Positions 33,519 to 48,945 are shown, counted from the first letter of the stretch. The stretch: DNA of 64,000 bases from Cyanophora paradoxa CCMP329 (GCA_004431415.1 QPMI01000082.1:13029-77028); one strand, 5' to 3'. The notes: generated from the sequence alone by a model not told the origin. A program made the numbers and translations.

Positions 33519-34507
33519 TCACTCGCATACGTGGTGGGAAGCACGGGCGAGGTGGAGGAGGGAGCACGCCGGGGCCCGCGGCGCGACGCCGCTCGCGTCC
33601 AAGTCCAACTCCAGCAGCCGAGCTGCACTCTCGTCCACAAACGGAGCCGGTCGCTTGCCCACGCTTGCGACAGGGGGCAGGGAGAGGGCAGGAACGCTGC
33701 TGCCCGCAGTCAAGTCACAGCGCCGGGGCTGCAGCCGTGCGTAAGAATAGAGCAAGGGCAGGTGGCGGAGATAAAAATTGGACGCACGCGACGATTGGGA
33801 ACACGGGGGCGGGATACGGGCGGGGCATCAAGCTCCAGGCCGTAGCTGGGCCGTAGTTGGGGCTCGCGCGGGCATTCGAAGAGCGGGACAGTTGCCTCCG
33901 CCGGAGACGTAGGAGTTGGCGTTCTGGGGACGATCGCTGGCGAGCTCGAGTACGTGCACGTACGTCGGGGAGTGCGCCGTCTGTCGTTCTGCGGGCAAGA
34001 CCGGTTAGCGTCAGCGCCTCTAATGTACAGGAACGAGCGATGATCGTACCGGTATGCAAGCAAAAGTCGATTGAGAAATGACATCCTCGAAATTACTGCG
34101 ATGGCGACGCTCAAGCTCATCAGATCTAAGCTGCGAGGCGACGGACGAGCTCGGACCAGATTCGCGGTGTCGGTGCGCGCGAGCAATTTTCGGGTGAAGC
34201 TTGGAGTTGCCGGCATGCTTTGGCAGCCGCGTCCACCCTGCCAAAAGCAGCGTGTCAGCACCCTCGCTCCCCAATATTGCAACACAGCGGGAAGAGCGGA
34301 GACAGCGCACTGTGTGGATGGGTGTACCAAATCCAGGTATATGGTGTGTGGGGAGTGGGCCTGTACAGCGGGAGAAACGGCCCGGCTAGCGCTGCGCGTT
34401 CATCGCTTGTCAAAAAAACGTCGCGGGGCGGCGACAACGACGGCGCGGGGCGGTGACCTGGTGCCGTAATTACTGTTTCCTTGTTCTATGCGATGCGCCG
34501 CCATCAT
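33519..34507 (-). CDS. Hypothetical spliced protein
   Basis: Several host-type introns on the minus strand (GTGCG..CTGAC..GCAG) linking ORF segments; no recognisable domain. Confidence 0.4.
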
Positions 34508-35348
34508 GCGCGGGGACGCTGCCGGCAATTTTTCTGGGGAGATACGCAATGTTGCTGGAGCAGGTTACAGTGGATATCGACGCGCGCGGTCGGATATCGA
34601 CGCGGTCGGCGACTCGGCGCGGATCCGAGCTAGCTCCGAAGAAGCTCAAGCGCTAGCTAGCGAGCTCTTCAATGCTTGTGCGGGGTACGTGGATCTTTCC
34701 AACGCCGGCTCTGGTGGACCACCCGCTTCAGGAAGTTCGAATTCCCGCTGGAGCTCCGAGTTCCCGTCCTCCCGGAGCTAGCGCTTCTCCGCCGCCCGAT
34801 GATTTTATGATCTGCCAGGCGCCGGGCCCGCCGGCTAGCGCTAGCGCTATCGCGCTCGTTTCGCTCCTAGCCTAGTAGGCCTTAAGCTTGAATATTTAAT
34901 TCGAATTCGGCAACAACCGTCGGTCGACGGCAATTCGACGCCACATCGACGGCGGCCGCGTCGCCTACGTCTTCATGCGCATGCCATCAGCCTGTGCAAT
35001 CCGAATCTCAGCGCCGCAGAGTGTAAAGGCCTCTAGCCCCTATAGGCTAGGCCCCTACCTCGGCCCCAAGCTTAAGTCGCTTGAGGCTTAGCTTGCCAGC
35101 TTTGCCAGCGAAGCAGCTTAACTTGTTGAGGTGATTTCGAAGGTTTGGGAATGCTAAGCTATCGGAAAGGGTGCTCGAGCACGCAAGTGTGCGTGTACGC
35201 GCTAGGCCTGGGGTGTCCGCGGGGATCTGGGTGGGGGTCCCTGGGAGAGCCGCCATATCGGAATCCGGCGGCCGGAGTGCACGTGCGGGCGCCGACGTGG
35301 CCTCGCTCGCTGTCGCTCGCGGGCCGGCGCTGCGCTGGGGACGGAGCG

Positions 35349-35467
35349 CTAAGGGGCCTCGTGGGGGCGGGGCGCTCCATCGGCGGGAGCGCCCCCCCCG
35401 GAGGGGCGGCTCTGGGGAGTCGAGGAGAGGTATCGGAGGTACTCGCGCGTTTCTGCGTGGCGTTCAG

Positions 35468-35498
<31 letters not shown>

Positions 35499-38400
35499 TG
35501 GCGCGGCGCACCGTTCATGCGCTGCTGGATGTCGAAGATGAGGCTCTGGAGCGGGGCGACCTCCTTGCGCCAGGCCTCGCCGGCACCGGCCGCCCCGGGA
35601 GGCCAGGCGGCCTCCTCGCCCTCCTCAGAGCCGCTCCACCTGCCCCGTCGTCGAGCGGCCCATCGTCGCCCACCGCCTGCGAGCGGCGCCCCTCCACGTC
35701 CGACCCGCGCGCCGCCGCCGCCGCCGCTGCCGCCGCCGCTGCCGCCGCCGTTGCCGCCACGTCGGCGCCGGCGGGGTCGTCCAGGGAGACGCCGGCAGCC
35801 TGGAGCGCCGCCCGTCGCAGCGCGATCTCTTGCTGCGAGGCGGGTTTGTTGGCGCCCGGGCGGGGCCTGCGGGGCGGGGCGCCGACCTCGCGCTCCTCGA
35901 CGCGGAGGTGCAGGCGGACAGCCGCCAGCTCCCGCCGCGTCTCCTCCAGCTCCGTCTCCGCGCCCCGCGCCCGCGCCTCAAGCCCTGCGCCCGCCCGCCT
36001 CGCCGCGGCGCGGGCCTGCGGGCGGGGCCGGGCGCGGGCGCGGGGCGGCACCGGTGGCGCGGGACTCGGCGGCGCGGCGGGCAGTGCGCTCGGCGTGGAG
36101 CTCGCCGCGGGCCTCGTCTAGCTCCTCCCGCGCCCCGTCCAGCAGCGCCTCCAGCGCAGCGGCGCGCCCCTCGGCCGCCGCCGCCCGCTCCTCCGCTGCA
36201 CGCACCCGCGCCGGCTCGGGCGAGCCCTGTGCCGCCAACTGGCAAGGCTGGCGCTCAGCGCAGGCGAACGGGGGGCAGGACGGCTGCCGGGCCGCACCCG
36301 GACCTCCAAGCTCGCCGCCCGCTCCTCCGCCGCCCGCGCCCGCGCCTCCGCCTCGCACGCCCGCTCTCGCAGCTGCAGCCGGCGGCGTCAGGCGGGGCGG
36401 GGCGCGGAGCGGGGCGGGCGGGGAGGGCGGGCCCGCTCGGCCTCGGCGTGGGGCAGGGCGGGGGCGAGGGAGCGCTGGGAGGCGGCGGCGGGCTCGTCGT
36501 CGGGGCGTCGCCCTCGGCGCTGGGGCGCTGGAGCCGCCCTCGGAGCCGCGCGAGGCCTGGCGGCGGTGGCGCGGGAGGCGGCCCGAGAAGGCCCGGAAGA
36601 CCGCCGCGTTTTCCTCCGCCGCCGTCGCCAGCTCCGAGGCCCGCCGCGGCGAGGGCCCCGTCGCCCTGCGCCCTCCTCGTCCGACCGCGCCAGCAGCCGC
36701 GCGCGCGAGCCCAGCTGCCGGCCGGTCCCCGTCAGCGCGCCGGCCGCGGGGCGGGGCGCCGGCCGGGCGGGGCCGGGCGCACGTCGGAGCCGACGCGGAG
36801 GAGGGGCGGGCGCTTGTTCCAAAAGCCGGCGCGGGCGACGGAGGAGGGGCTCGTGTCGCCCGGGGCGCGCCCGAGGGCAGCGGGCGAGGTGGACATCGAG
36901 GGGGGCCCGGAGTCGGAGCCCGGGGCGGGCGGGGAGGGCCCGGCGGCGAGAAGAGCCTGGAGGTGGGTGACCTTCTCCTCGAGGAGGCGCTTCATGTCGC
37001 TCTCCTCCTCGAGGCGACGCCGCAGCTCGGCCACCGTGGAAGTGTCCCGCTCCCGCTCGCTCCGCGCCGCCTCCAGCTGCCCCAGCTGCTCCCGCAGCTC
37101 CGCCAGCTCCCGCCGGTACAGCGTCAGCTGCGCCTTCACGTCGAAGAACTGCGCCCCGCCCCGTCACGCCCGCCGGACCGAGGCGCCGCGCGCGCGCCGG
37201 CCCGCGCCTCGTTCACGGTGGCCCTGTTGACGACCTGTGCGCGGCGGGCCCCGGCCCCGGCTCGAACCCCGGTGCGTCCGGTGCGGCCGGCCGGGGCCGG
37301 GGCGCAAGGCGGGGAGGCTGGACCTTCTTGGCGCGGGATGCGAATTTGAGGGTGGAGACGGTCTCCTCGCAACACGAGGCGACCGGCGCGGCGGTGCACA
37401 CGATGAGCGTGATCGAATTCCCGCCCAGCGCCGGCTCCAAGATCCGCGTCAGCTTCCCCTCTGCCGGGCCGGCCGTTCGGCCCGGGGCTCCGTGCGGCTC
37501 CGCGCGGCTCCGCGCGGCGCAGAGTCGGCGCACCGCGGTACGGGATGTGGGAGCTGCGCGGCGCGCGACGAGGGCCGCGTGAGGAACGGCCCAGAAGGGC
37601 GGGGGGCGTTCGGGGCGCACTTGCTGCCCTCGCTGAGGCGCAGAATGACCTTGCCTGCGCGCGCGCGGATGGGGCGAGGGGATGAGAGGGAGGGGGGGGG
37701 GGGGGGGGGGGGGGAGCGCGAGCGCGGAGCGGGGGCCGGGCCGGGGCGCGCCGAGGGTGAAGAGGGACTTGTTGATAGCGTTGGTCTCCCGCAGGCTCGC
37801 GTCCTCCATCGACCAGAGCTTCTCGCTTCCCGCCAGGTCCACGAGGTTCTGCACCCCCTCCCCGGCGGCCCGCTCGCGCACCGCGCACAGCCAAAGGCCC
37901 GCCGCGCGCTCGCGCGGCACGCACGAGGACGGAGACGCGGACGGAGGAGCCCTCGTCGTCCTCGCCGGGCACGCCCGTGTGCCGCGGTCTGCTCTCGATC
38001 CCCAGCTGCCGCCCCGCCGGCTCGAGGCGCGCGGCGGGGCCGGGGGGATGGGCCCCGGGGGTAGGACGGGGGGCGCGCCTGGAAGATGGCGTGCGAGCGG
38101 CTGCTGAAGTCGTTGAAGCTCGTCGCCCGGATGTGGCGCCGTGCTGCCCGCCGCCGCCGTTGGCGCCGCCCCCCCGCGCGGCCCGCGGCGCGCTTCGCGG
38201 CGGCCGCACCGTTGCCCTCGCGCAGGGCGGCGAGGACCTCGGCGGCTGACGCAACGGGCCGCTCCTGGCGCCCTCCACGAAGACGCCAGTCTGGGGCGGG
38301 GTGGGCGCCCCGCGGGGAGGGGGCGGGCGGGGCGGGCGGGGGTGCCTCGGGTCCTCGCGGACGGGGAGATTGCGCCCCGCGGCGTCGTCGGGCCCCAGGA

Positions 38401-39628
38401 GGCAGTTGATCTGCTCGTTATAGATCTCGAGGTAGCTCACGCGCAACGCGAACTCCCGCCCAGCCTCCTGCGCGCCGCCTCGCCCCGGGGCGGCGGCGCC
38501 GCGCCCGCCCCGGCCGCGCGCACGCGGCGGATGTGCGCGAAGACCTCGTCCACCGCCAGCGGGATGAGACCCGGCTCCCCCTGCCGAGCCCTCAACGCGC
38601 GGCCGCGGCCCCGGCGTCAAGTCGCCGCGCCTCGGTGCCCGTCATGGTGTACGTTTTTCCGCTCGTCGTCTGCCCGTACGCGAAGATGGTGCCTGCGGCG
38701 GGATCGTCGCTCGCGGCGCGGTGCGGGGCAAGCTGGGTCGTACCATTGAACCCGCGGACGACGCTCTGAATGATGTCTTGGGCGACCTCCTGATATAGGC
38801 CCGTCGTCCGCTCCTCCGGACCAAAGACGCGGTCTGCGTCCCCGCTCGCTCAGGGCCCGCGCAAGCCACCGCACGCCACGTTGCGCACCAAAGGTGTAGG
38901 ATGTCGATCGGGCAGTGCCCCGCCCCGGCGTCGCTGGCGTGCGAGAATTCCTCGGAGAAACGAAGGAGGCAGGCAGCGCCGGGCGGGCCTTGCCACGCGC
39001 CGAGCTTCCGTCATCGGGGCTGCGCCGCGGAATCCTCGACGCGAGCGAGCCGGTCCGATAGACGGGTGTCTGCAGTCCGGCATCGGCGCGCGGCGGAGCA
39101 GCTTGGGCGCGCGGCGGGGCGGTTTTGCGGACCGGCGGCGGGAGAGGCGAGCCTGGCGTGGAGGGTTCCTTCAGCTCCTCTGAGAGACGCCTCGTGAGGC
39201 GTGCCACGCCCGTCCGATTGGGTGTGAGCTGGAGTAAAGGGTTGAGAAGCGACGGGCAGCCAGAATTTTACAGCTGGGCTGATTGCCCTACACTGCGTTC
39301 GCGACACGCACCGGCAGGGGTCTCGGCGAAGGTGGCGGCGGTGACGCAGCACCGCCGCTTCGCGTGGGCGCCAGCTCGCTGTCCTCAACGGTGGTGGCCA
39401 AGGAGACCGCGACCAGCGGTTGATTGCACGGCAAAACAGTCCTCCCATCTGTCTTCCAGACCTGCAGATCGCCGGCCTCCTCGGGATTCGGAGGCTGAAG
39501 TGTACAGGTCAGCGCGTGGATACAACACAGAGCGCTCAAATAAGCCGCGCTCGCACCCTAAAACGTATTACGACGCGAATCTTGTCGCTTGTCGCGCCGG
39601 CAGGCGGCGTCGTACGGCTGCCGCCCAT
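35349..39628 (-). CDS. Kinesin motor protein (kinesin-7/CENP-E-like) with coiled-coil tail, multi-exon
   Basis: [10 protein letters not shown]|P, YTF|[79 protein letters not shown]. Confidence 0.9.
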
Positions 39629-39835
39629 TGCACCTTTTGGCGCGCAACGCGCTGCTGCGCTACAAGTGCACAAAACTGCTACGCAGTGAAGGGTGCTTGC
39701 CTTCTGCAGCTGCGTGCTGCTACACGTACCCCCGTCTAGGGCAGACCCCCCTCCGGTACCGCGCGGGGGCGCGGTTGGCGTTGACGATTCGCCTCATAGC
39801 CGCCGGTTGTCAGCCGCCGGTTGTCGTCGTCTCGG

Positions 39836-42184
39836 ATGATCAGACGGCGGCCGCATGCGGACGTTTCGGTCCTCGACGACGTGCATGACGACGCGAGCTC
39901 GCACAGAACAACTGGTGCGTATATTCGCGCGCGCTCAAGCATGAACGACCGCGCGACACTCGGGCGTCGCAGACCCCGAGATATCGTCCGATGAGAGCCC
40001 GCCGCCCACGCCACGAGCCGACACGCCGGCGGGAGCCACACAGCTGCGCGACTCAAGCGCGAGCCTTTCCGAACTGGTGGGTTTGGCTGGCGTGCAACAT
40101 CCGCGGCAGCTAGGGCAGTTACTCACCAGCGCGCAGACGCCGCGGGACCTGACATCAAAGGTGACTTCAGAACCGTGCAACTGGCAGCAAGAGCTGGCTC
40201 ACATTGTGCACGCGCGCGCGCTCATGCTCCGCGAACACCGCAGGTCAACCCCGCCGACTACTGGCTCTCGGACAGCAGGAAGCTGCCGCAGCACCTCTTC
40301 TGGCAGGCCGTGGCGGACCAGGTCATCCAGGAGCGGAGCGAGTCGCAGAGGCAGCTTGTTGCGCCGGAGGACGGGGGTCACTCCTCGCGCACGAGGATTC
40401 TCCTGGACAGCGGCAGCCCCTGGCCGGCCCCGGGCCGCGCGCCGCAGGCGCAGCCCCCGCCGCAGCCCAACCGGCAGCAGGAGGCCCCGCGCACGCCGCG
40501 GCAATCGTCGGCGAGGGCGGCGGAGGCCGCGGGCGAGGGCGGGGCGGCGCGCGGCGCGTGGCAGGGGGCGATGTACCGCCCCGAGCCGCCAAAGAAGGAT
40601 GCGGCGGTGCCCTCGCCGGCGCCCCGTAGCCCCACGACGCCCTCGGCGCGCACGGGTCGCGGGTCCCCCCGCTCTCTGGGGGGACCCCGCCCGCGGAGCG
40701 CCATCCGGGGCCACGAGCGGGCGGAGCAGGAGGGCGTCTGCGCCTGCAGCTGCTTCAGGGCGGGGCGGAGCGGGACGCCGCCGGCGAGTCCGCCGCTTCT
40801 GGAGCGCCTGCTGGGATGCGTCCCGTTCTGGCGCCCAGGTGGGGATCTCGAGGGCGCCGAGGGGGGGCCGGCGGCGCGGCCGCGGGCGGGCCAGGGATCC
40901 GAGGGCGGTGCGGGGCACGCGGCGGTGCTGGATGCGGACTTGCACGAGGGGGTCATCTCGCGTCTGGTGCGCGGTCCCCGCCCGTGCCGTGACGCTGGCC
41001 CTGAGTGGCGAGCGGCAGGCGGGCGAGGTCGAGTTGCTGCGAACCCGCGTCGACCGCCTCTCCGCCGAGACCGCCTTCCTTGCCCGCCCCGGCCCGCCCG
41101 GCCTGCCCGCTCCCCCCTCCTCCGCGACCCGCGCCAGCCCCCGCGATCCGCCGCCTCCCCATCCCGAGCGTGCCGCCCGACTCGACCCGTCGGCCCCTGT
41201 CGTCGGACGTGCAGTCCGCGTCGTTGGAGGACACGGAGCCGGCGCCTTCCGCGGGGGCCACGCCCCCGAGCCCCTGGGCGTCGCGTGGTTCCGTAGGAGC
41301 CCCGCCGCCCAGACGTCACCGATCGCCGGTCCGGCCCCCGCACGCCTCGCAGTGCACTGTCCGCTAACCCAAGGTACGCAGGGGCGAGCGGGGCATGTTA
41401 CACACCCACCGCGGACGATGTCGGGTGGTGCGCGCCTGCCTCGCATCTCCTTTCCGCCTCCAATGGCGCGCGCCATTTCTGACGTCGCCGTGTGTCTTCG
41501 CAGCATGCTCATCGCGGTCGTCGGATCGGGGTGGGCCTGAGGCCGTGCGAACGCCGCGGCCGCCGCTCACGGGCGGAAGGCAGGGGTCAGAGCGGCGCGG
41601 AGGCGGCGCGGGTGGAGAGCGAGCCGGTGGCGCTGGACGGAAGGAGCCGGGAGCAGCTAGATGCGCTGGTGCGGGCGCGGCGCGCCGTCTTCTGGTGCAG
41701 CGGGGCGGGGCGACAGCTTTTCGAGATCTCGCGCTCTTGCCCCAGCCCGCCCCCCGATTCGGCCTTCTCGGGCTCCGCCGAGGAGCGTTGCACCCTCTTC
41801 GTGCAGCCGGTCCGGCCCAGCGCGCCTTGGAGTCCCCTGCCCGCTGACCTCAAACGCAGGCGTGCATTACGCTCGCCCACAACAACTCCAAGCGAGAGCT
41901 GATTGCCCGCCGCGCCGCCACCATCGACCTTCACCCTTCCGACCCCTGCTGCTTCTCCCTCTTCGTTTATGGGCCTCCGCTCCCCTCCTCCGGCACTCCG
42001 GGCCCTAGTCCCGAGCCCATCGCCGTCACTCTGCGTCTGTCCTCGCCTAGCGACCGTGACATCCTCGCACTTTGTGTCAGGTGCGTTGGCAGCGCGCCCC
42101 AGATCTAGAGCCGCCGCCGCATGTGCTCCGCTTATCGTTGCTTACGGCAGGAAATTCATGGCAATGCCTCCTGGTCCCGTTTAG
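39836..42184 (+). CDS. Hypothetical multi-exon protein with a low-complexity centre and a possible PH-like C-terminal domain
   Basis: Consistent intron phases; C-terminal beta-rich segment ending LSSPSDRDILALCVR|KF. Confidence 0.5.
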
Positions 42185-42304
42185 GCCGATGGCACTTAAG
42201 CTTGCCTTGGTCGCTGCGATTAGGAGCCCGTTTTTTGAAGGGCGCCCGTTTAAAAAAAATCCGATTTGTTTGCAGAGGGGCTGGTTGGTCGTCAACACAT
42301 TGGT

Positions 42305-43905
42305 TTAGAGAATAGGATCAGCACAGCATTTGTGGGGAAATCCGGTGTGTACGAGTGTGCGGATTGGGGGTTGCGACCGGTGGCTCAGCGGGCCGAAAAT
42401 CGGGAAGAGGAAGAGGAGGGGGAGTGGGTAGCGGGGCAGGGGGCTTGTGAACGGCTGCCGCAGCCGAGACGGCAGCCGCCTCCTGCTTCTCGCGGGGAGG
42501 GGCGGGGAGGGAGGCGAGGAACGCTTCCTGCGCAAGGAGCGTTAGACAGGCCATGGGCATTGACGCTGACAGGCGATGCAATGCGGGGCGGACGAGGGAG
42601 CGGAAGTACAGGTCACGCCATCGAAGCTCGATGTCGTTGTGACCCGCCCCCTGCGGCGTGTCGGCGGCGACCGGTACCCGCCCCGTGCGAATCGCGCCCT
42701 ACCTGAATCCAAACCGGTTTCGCAGCGTTTGCGCACATCTTGTACAACGTCTACAACCGCCAAAGTTAGTGGCAGCACACACTTTGAGAAAAGACTTGTG
42801 GCGTACAAGGCCGTGGGCGAAGGGCACCACTTCGTCGTCTATTGACAGGAGTCAGAATGGCCGATGCGGGTAACGGGCGGCCGAAAGCGCAGAGACCTGT
42901 TCCATGTATGACCAGCACCGGTGCTTGTACCTGGAGGTCGCATTAGTGAGAAGAGAGGAAAAGGTCATGCCCAACTCGCCCGTCGTATCTTGTCGACGTT
43001 CGGAAAGATGTCAAAGCCAAACGTGTGGTCGATCTGTCTCGATGGCATGAGGGCTTGCCTTTCGGACAAGCAGCAGAAGGGCGTGCTTCCTCACTTTAAG
43101 AACAACTCGTACGCAGGATGTCAGGGGGCTCTGCAGGATAACGGCCCGGACGTCCGCACGTGACGCCAAGTCGACTGTCGGGCCGCTGCCAAGCGACCGC
43201 CCGAATCTGCGCCGTGTTTGTTTGCATGGGCGTGTGAGGGGCAGGTCTGCCGAACAATATGATGTCTCTTGCAGCATCCAGCTTGCAGTGTTTTGTCAGG
43301 TACTCAAAAGCGGCGTCCGCGGCCTGTCAACAGAAATCAAGACAGGAACCTCTCTACGAAGGGCGCGGTGCTGTGAGCAAGCTACAACGCATGCGCACCT
43401 CGTAGACACCATGTTCCGAGGGCTGGCCCTCGCTCAGGCCGTATCCGGGGTATTCGTAGGCGCACAGTGAAACCTTTAGCCTAGAGGAGATAGCCATGAG
43501 GTGATCCCTGCATTGAGAGGACATCGTGAGCGAGGGCAAGTCCGGACGGCAACGTGCGACGGACCAGAGCAGACCGAGGTCCTCTGCGTTTCCATGGGAG
43601 AAGAGAAGCGTGCGGTTTGTCTTCGGGTACGTTATGTGGAACGCCGGAATCCGCATGCCGCTGGCCGTTCGCAGCCAGACTAGCGTGCCATCGTCAAAAC
43701 TGCGCGGCGGGCGCGGGCATGGCTCAGGATAGCCGCACAGCAGTGCAGCTCCGATTGCCACACTGGGGTGCGGCACAGAATACGCACTATTGACAGGGCG
43801 GGGGCACGAAGGCTGCGGAGCCGAGTAGCGAAGTTCAAACTGCTGTCGAAGGGCCTGGGGGCGGCGCGAGCGCTGCGCACCGAGCCTAGTGACGGCGCCG
43901 CCCAT
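42305..43905 (-). CDS. ABHD17: ABHD17-family alpha/beta hydrolase (depalmitoylase-like), multi-exon; 3' end approximate
   Basis: TLLFSHGNAEDLG, YEYPGYGLSEGQPSE, ILFGR|SLGSGPTVDLA, VILQSP, APVLVIHG, DEVVPFAHG, GAGHNDIE. Confidence 0.85.
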
Positions 43906-44639
43906 GCCCCGACGGCGCTCAAAATGCAGCTCGAGGGGGCGCGCTTCGATGCGTTCGCAGTCCGCAGCGAAGCTTGGCTGCGTCCAACGCGCCTCCGCGG
44001 CGGACTTGCTGAGCGTCAGCCGCCGACTAAGCAGCAGTTGGCGGGTCGTTCAGTTGGCGGGTCGTTCAACGTTAACCGCGTCAAAGGTTTTGGTAGGCAG
44101 GGGCACCGCGTACCCCCTTCCCGAAGTTCACAGAGTTCAGATCTAGCTATATATATCCAAAGAATCCATCACCCCCCTATACTGCCACCGTGGCGCCGGC
44201 ACGCCGCATGCGCATGCGCAGCTGCAGATGTGTGAAAAGTAAATTAACTTAGTAAAACCTCGGGTCGTTACCCTTGCTCCGCTCGGGTGGGCCCGATCGC
44301 GAGGCTGCGGCCGCGGCTGATTGGGGACACCCCGTCCAACCTGGCCCCTTCACCCTTCACCGCCTCCCCCCCCCCCCCCCCCCCCCCCCCCCAAACACAC
44401 ACACATGTACACACACTGTGACACCACACACCACACACGTCCCCTCCCCCCCACCCTGGCCCCACCCCCTCAAATGAACGCAGGGCCCAGGGTGTCTGCA
44501 GCTGCTGCCTGTCCATCATGTTATGCGTTCATGTTAGCAGGGATCAGTTGGTCAGATCATGATATATTGTCTCGAACATGTACACAGGGAACATCTGGAA
44601 CAGGTACTGAGCGCCGGGGTTCCCGTTGGGGACGCGATC

Positions 44640-44706
44640 TTTGATTGCAATTACGATTAGGGGTTGGAAGTCTTTGATTTCGATTACGATTGGAGGTTGG
44701 ACGGGA
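44640..44706. repeat. Two tandem 33-nt units TTTGATTGCGATTACGATTAGGGGTTGGACGTC-like (family also at about 50150-50195, 50890-50915, 52664-52725, 55220-55295)
   Basis: Shared GATTGCGATTACGAT(T/C)A core on either strand at all listed sites. Confidence 0.75.
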
Positions 44707-44949
44707 ACCTTAAGCTTCGCCCAGGGTCGAAAACGGGGTAGTCATTTTTTACACAGCCGCGACCTAAGGGCCTCTCCTTTCCCCAAGGCCGATTTTAACC
44801 ACCTGTGTTGAGTTGCTTCTGCGCGCCAAACAGGTGCACTTTTGCTTCCTGGGTGCGGTGGCAGTCGGAACACTGAACGAGTGATGTGAAAAGGCTTCAG
44901 CCGACCTTGGCTGTCATAATGTTGCGCAGTGCACGCCAGTACACTTGCT

Positions 44950-46710
44950 CGAGTTCCTGGAGCTCAGAAATCTGGATTAAAAAATCAGCCGGACCAGAAC
45001 ATGTACAGATGAAGCTTGAAGAGCAAGAGTCACACCTGCAAGTTCTGGAGCTCCTCGCTGCCAAGAACGGAGGCTTTCACCACAGATACGGTTACCCGTT
45101 CGGAATTGATATCTTTCTCCCTGAAGATCTGAGTGAGAACGATACCAGCACCGCGAAATATTCGGCATGCACAGCGCATACACACCCGAAGGCGTGCTGC
45201 GGGGCACGTGTCAGCACAAGACTGCAGATGGAAGTGGATCCGGACATCACTCACCAGATCCTCCTTCAGCCGGTCGAGCATATGCTGAACCATTGGAACG
45301 TACTTCTTGAATCTGCCTTCTCGAGTTCCACAGTCTGCAAGTGCATTGGCAAGCTTTGCTTGGAGTTCATTTGCATGCCGTCTGGCATCCTCAGCTTCTT
45401 CCTCGGCCTTTCGCTTGTCCTGCTCGTACTCTTTGACCTCCTCCATGACGTCAAGATTCTTTTTCTTGTAGTGCTCCACCTGCCAGCCAATGAAAACGGA
45501 CACTTTTCCACAGAAAACATTCTTAATGGACCTGGTTTGTAAGCCGCGAGATTTGGCTCTCGAGATCTCCGATCTTCTTGTCATCGTCTCTCCGGCTCTT
45601 GCTCCTTTTCCGGGACGGGGATCTCGAACTGTCTCGCCTGTCTCGCTTCTCATGCCTTGTAGATCGCTGCTCTTCTGTCTGAGAGCTTCCTGTAACCTCC
45701 ATCTGCGAAATCTGCGTTCTGCTATCCCGATCGGGGACGTCCGCTTCTCCGGAAGCAACAGCAGCGCGCTCCTCCCCTGCGTCGCGAGCTGGCGACTTCG
45801 ACGGAGACCTCTCTCGCTCATCAGCCCGCTCAGGTGATCGATAAGATTTGCTAAGATCATGAATGATTAGCGAAAGGAAAGAAGAAGCACAACTGTGCGC
45901 ACCGTCCGTTCATCTGAGCGTCTCCTTCTCGGTCGCGTTCTGACGACCTGTGTCGGCTGCGCCGCCGTTCCCGGTCGCGCTCCTCGCGATCTGGCTGTGG
46001 CGAGCGACTACCGCGCGCTGAAGCATAGGAATAGAAGTGAGATTCATCGATCTTGCCGGGCGAAATAGCGCGCACAGTGACGCCGCCCTGGCGACCTGGA
46101 CGTACGACCCCGGTCCACGCTGCGCGTCCTTCGCCGGTAATCGTTCCGCTCGACCTCTTCCCTGCAAAGAGCAAGGTTTAAAAGAAATCTGCGCGGCGAG
46201 GGCCCCCGTAGTAAAGTGGCAGGCACCGGTCATCGCGGCGCGGGCTATAACGGCCCCGCCGGCGGTCATCACCGCCGAAGTTGGGTGCATCCCGGAGCTC
46301 ATGCTTTCCGTGCGCAAACCTGCAGGCACCGATCGGTCGCAGTTGCTCAGATCATGAAGGGCCCAAGTGGCGTACGTGCAGCGGTCCCCGCGAGGGCAAT
46401 TGCCTGACGGACGCTGTTGATCAGGCACGCTGAATCGATACGTGCATCAGATCGGACTCACCGTTCTCCTCGAAGAACTTGCACTGAAGGGCGAAAAGTG
46501 CGACAGGGGCGTGTGTCAGCAACGGGGCAGTCAGACGGCGGGGAAGACAGCGACTTGAAATGCGCACCAGCTTCGTTCGAAACTGTGCGCAGGGGAGCCG
46601 GCGGAGATCAGCACAGGAAAACGGGCGCCGGCGCGACCGAGCGAGCGCCGGGGCCTAGAGTCTTTATACTAGCTGCGAGCGCGCACCAAGTCGCCGTACG
46701 GCCTCGCCAT
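44950..46710 (-). CDS. CCCH zinc-finger protein with an RS/RD-rich region and C-terminal coiled coil (multi-exon; 3' end approximate)
   Basis: Spliced FRTKL|CKFFEENG|NCPRGDRCT|FAHGKHELR, then RYSPRRD, DREERDRERRRSR, and coiled coil EEVKEYEQDKRKAEEEAEDARRHANEL. Confidence 0.8.
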
Positions 46711-46858
46711 CCTCTTGGGCCCTGAAAACCAGCCTCACTTCCTGTACCCCTTCCGACCCCGCCGCCGGGCCGCCGGCGCCGCCCCCAAGCGCCAGCTGCG
46801 CCCTGTACCACTGCCGCCTTAGTGGCCTGCGTGGATTAAATCGCGCGCGGTCGCAGCG

Positions 46859-48648
<1,790 letters not shown>

Positions 48649-48945
48649 TTGTTACGTTTTTTCTGTGAAACTACGCCTGAATGGGCGACTTGAGCAGGTG
48701 CAGCCCTTGCTGTTGCCGGCCCAGCCGTATGCGTCCACGCGTCCAACACTTGTAGCCCGGACTTAGAGAGAGAGAGAGAGAGCAAGTAAAAGACACTCCC
48801 AGGACTCGGACCCGAGTCTGGGTGGTGGTTACAAAAGTAGATAAAAAAAGATAGCAAACACACGAATCCCACCCCGATACCGGCTCCCTGAACGGCACGG
48901 GTTTGCGGTTTGAATCGTGCCCGCTAGGGGTACAGATTTAGCGGG

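Noticed and set aside
18000-42000. Many long overlapping or antisense Arg/Gly/Pro/Ala-rich ORFs (e.g. 35145-37349, 20100-21377, 40199-41512)
   Set aside because: Expected from stop-codon scarcity at very high GC; the real genes are the spliced ones with recognisable motifs.
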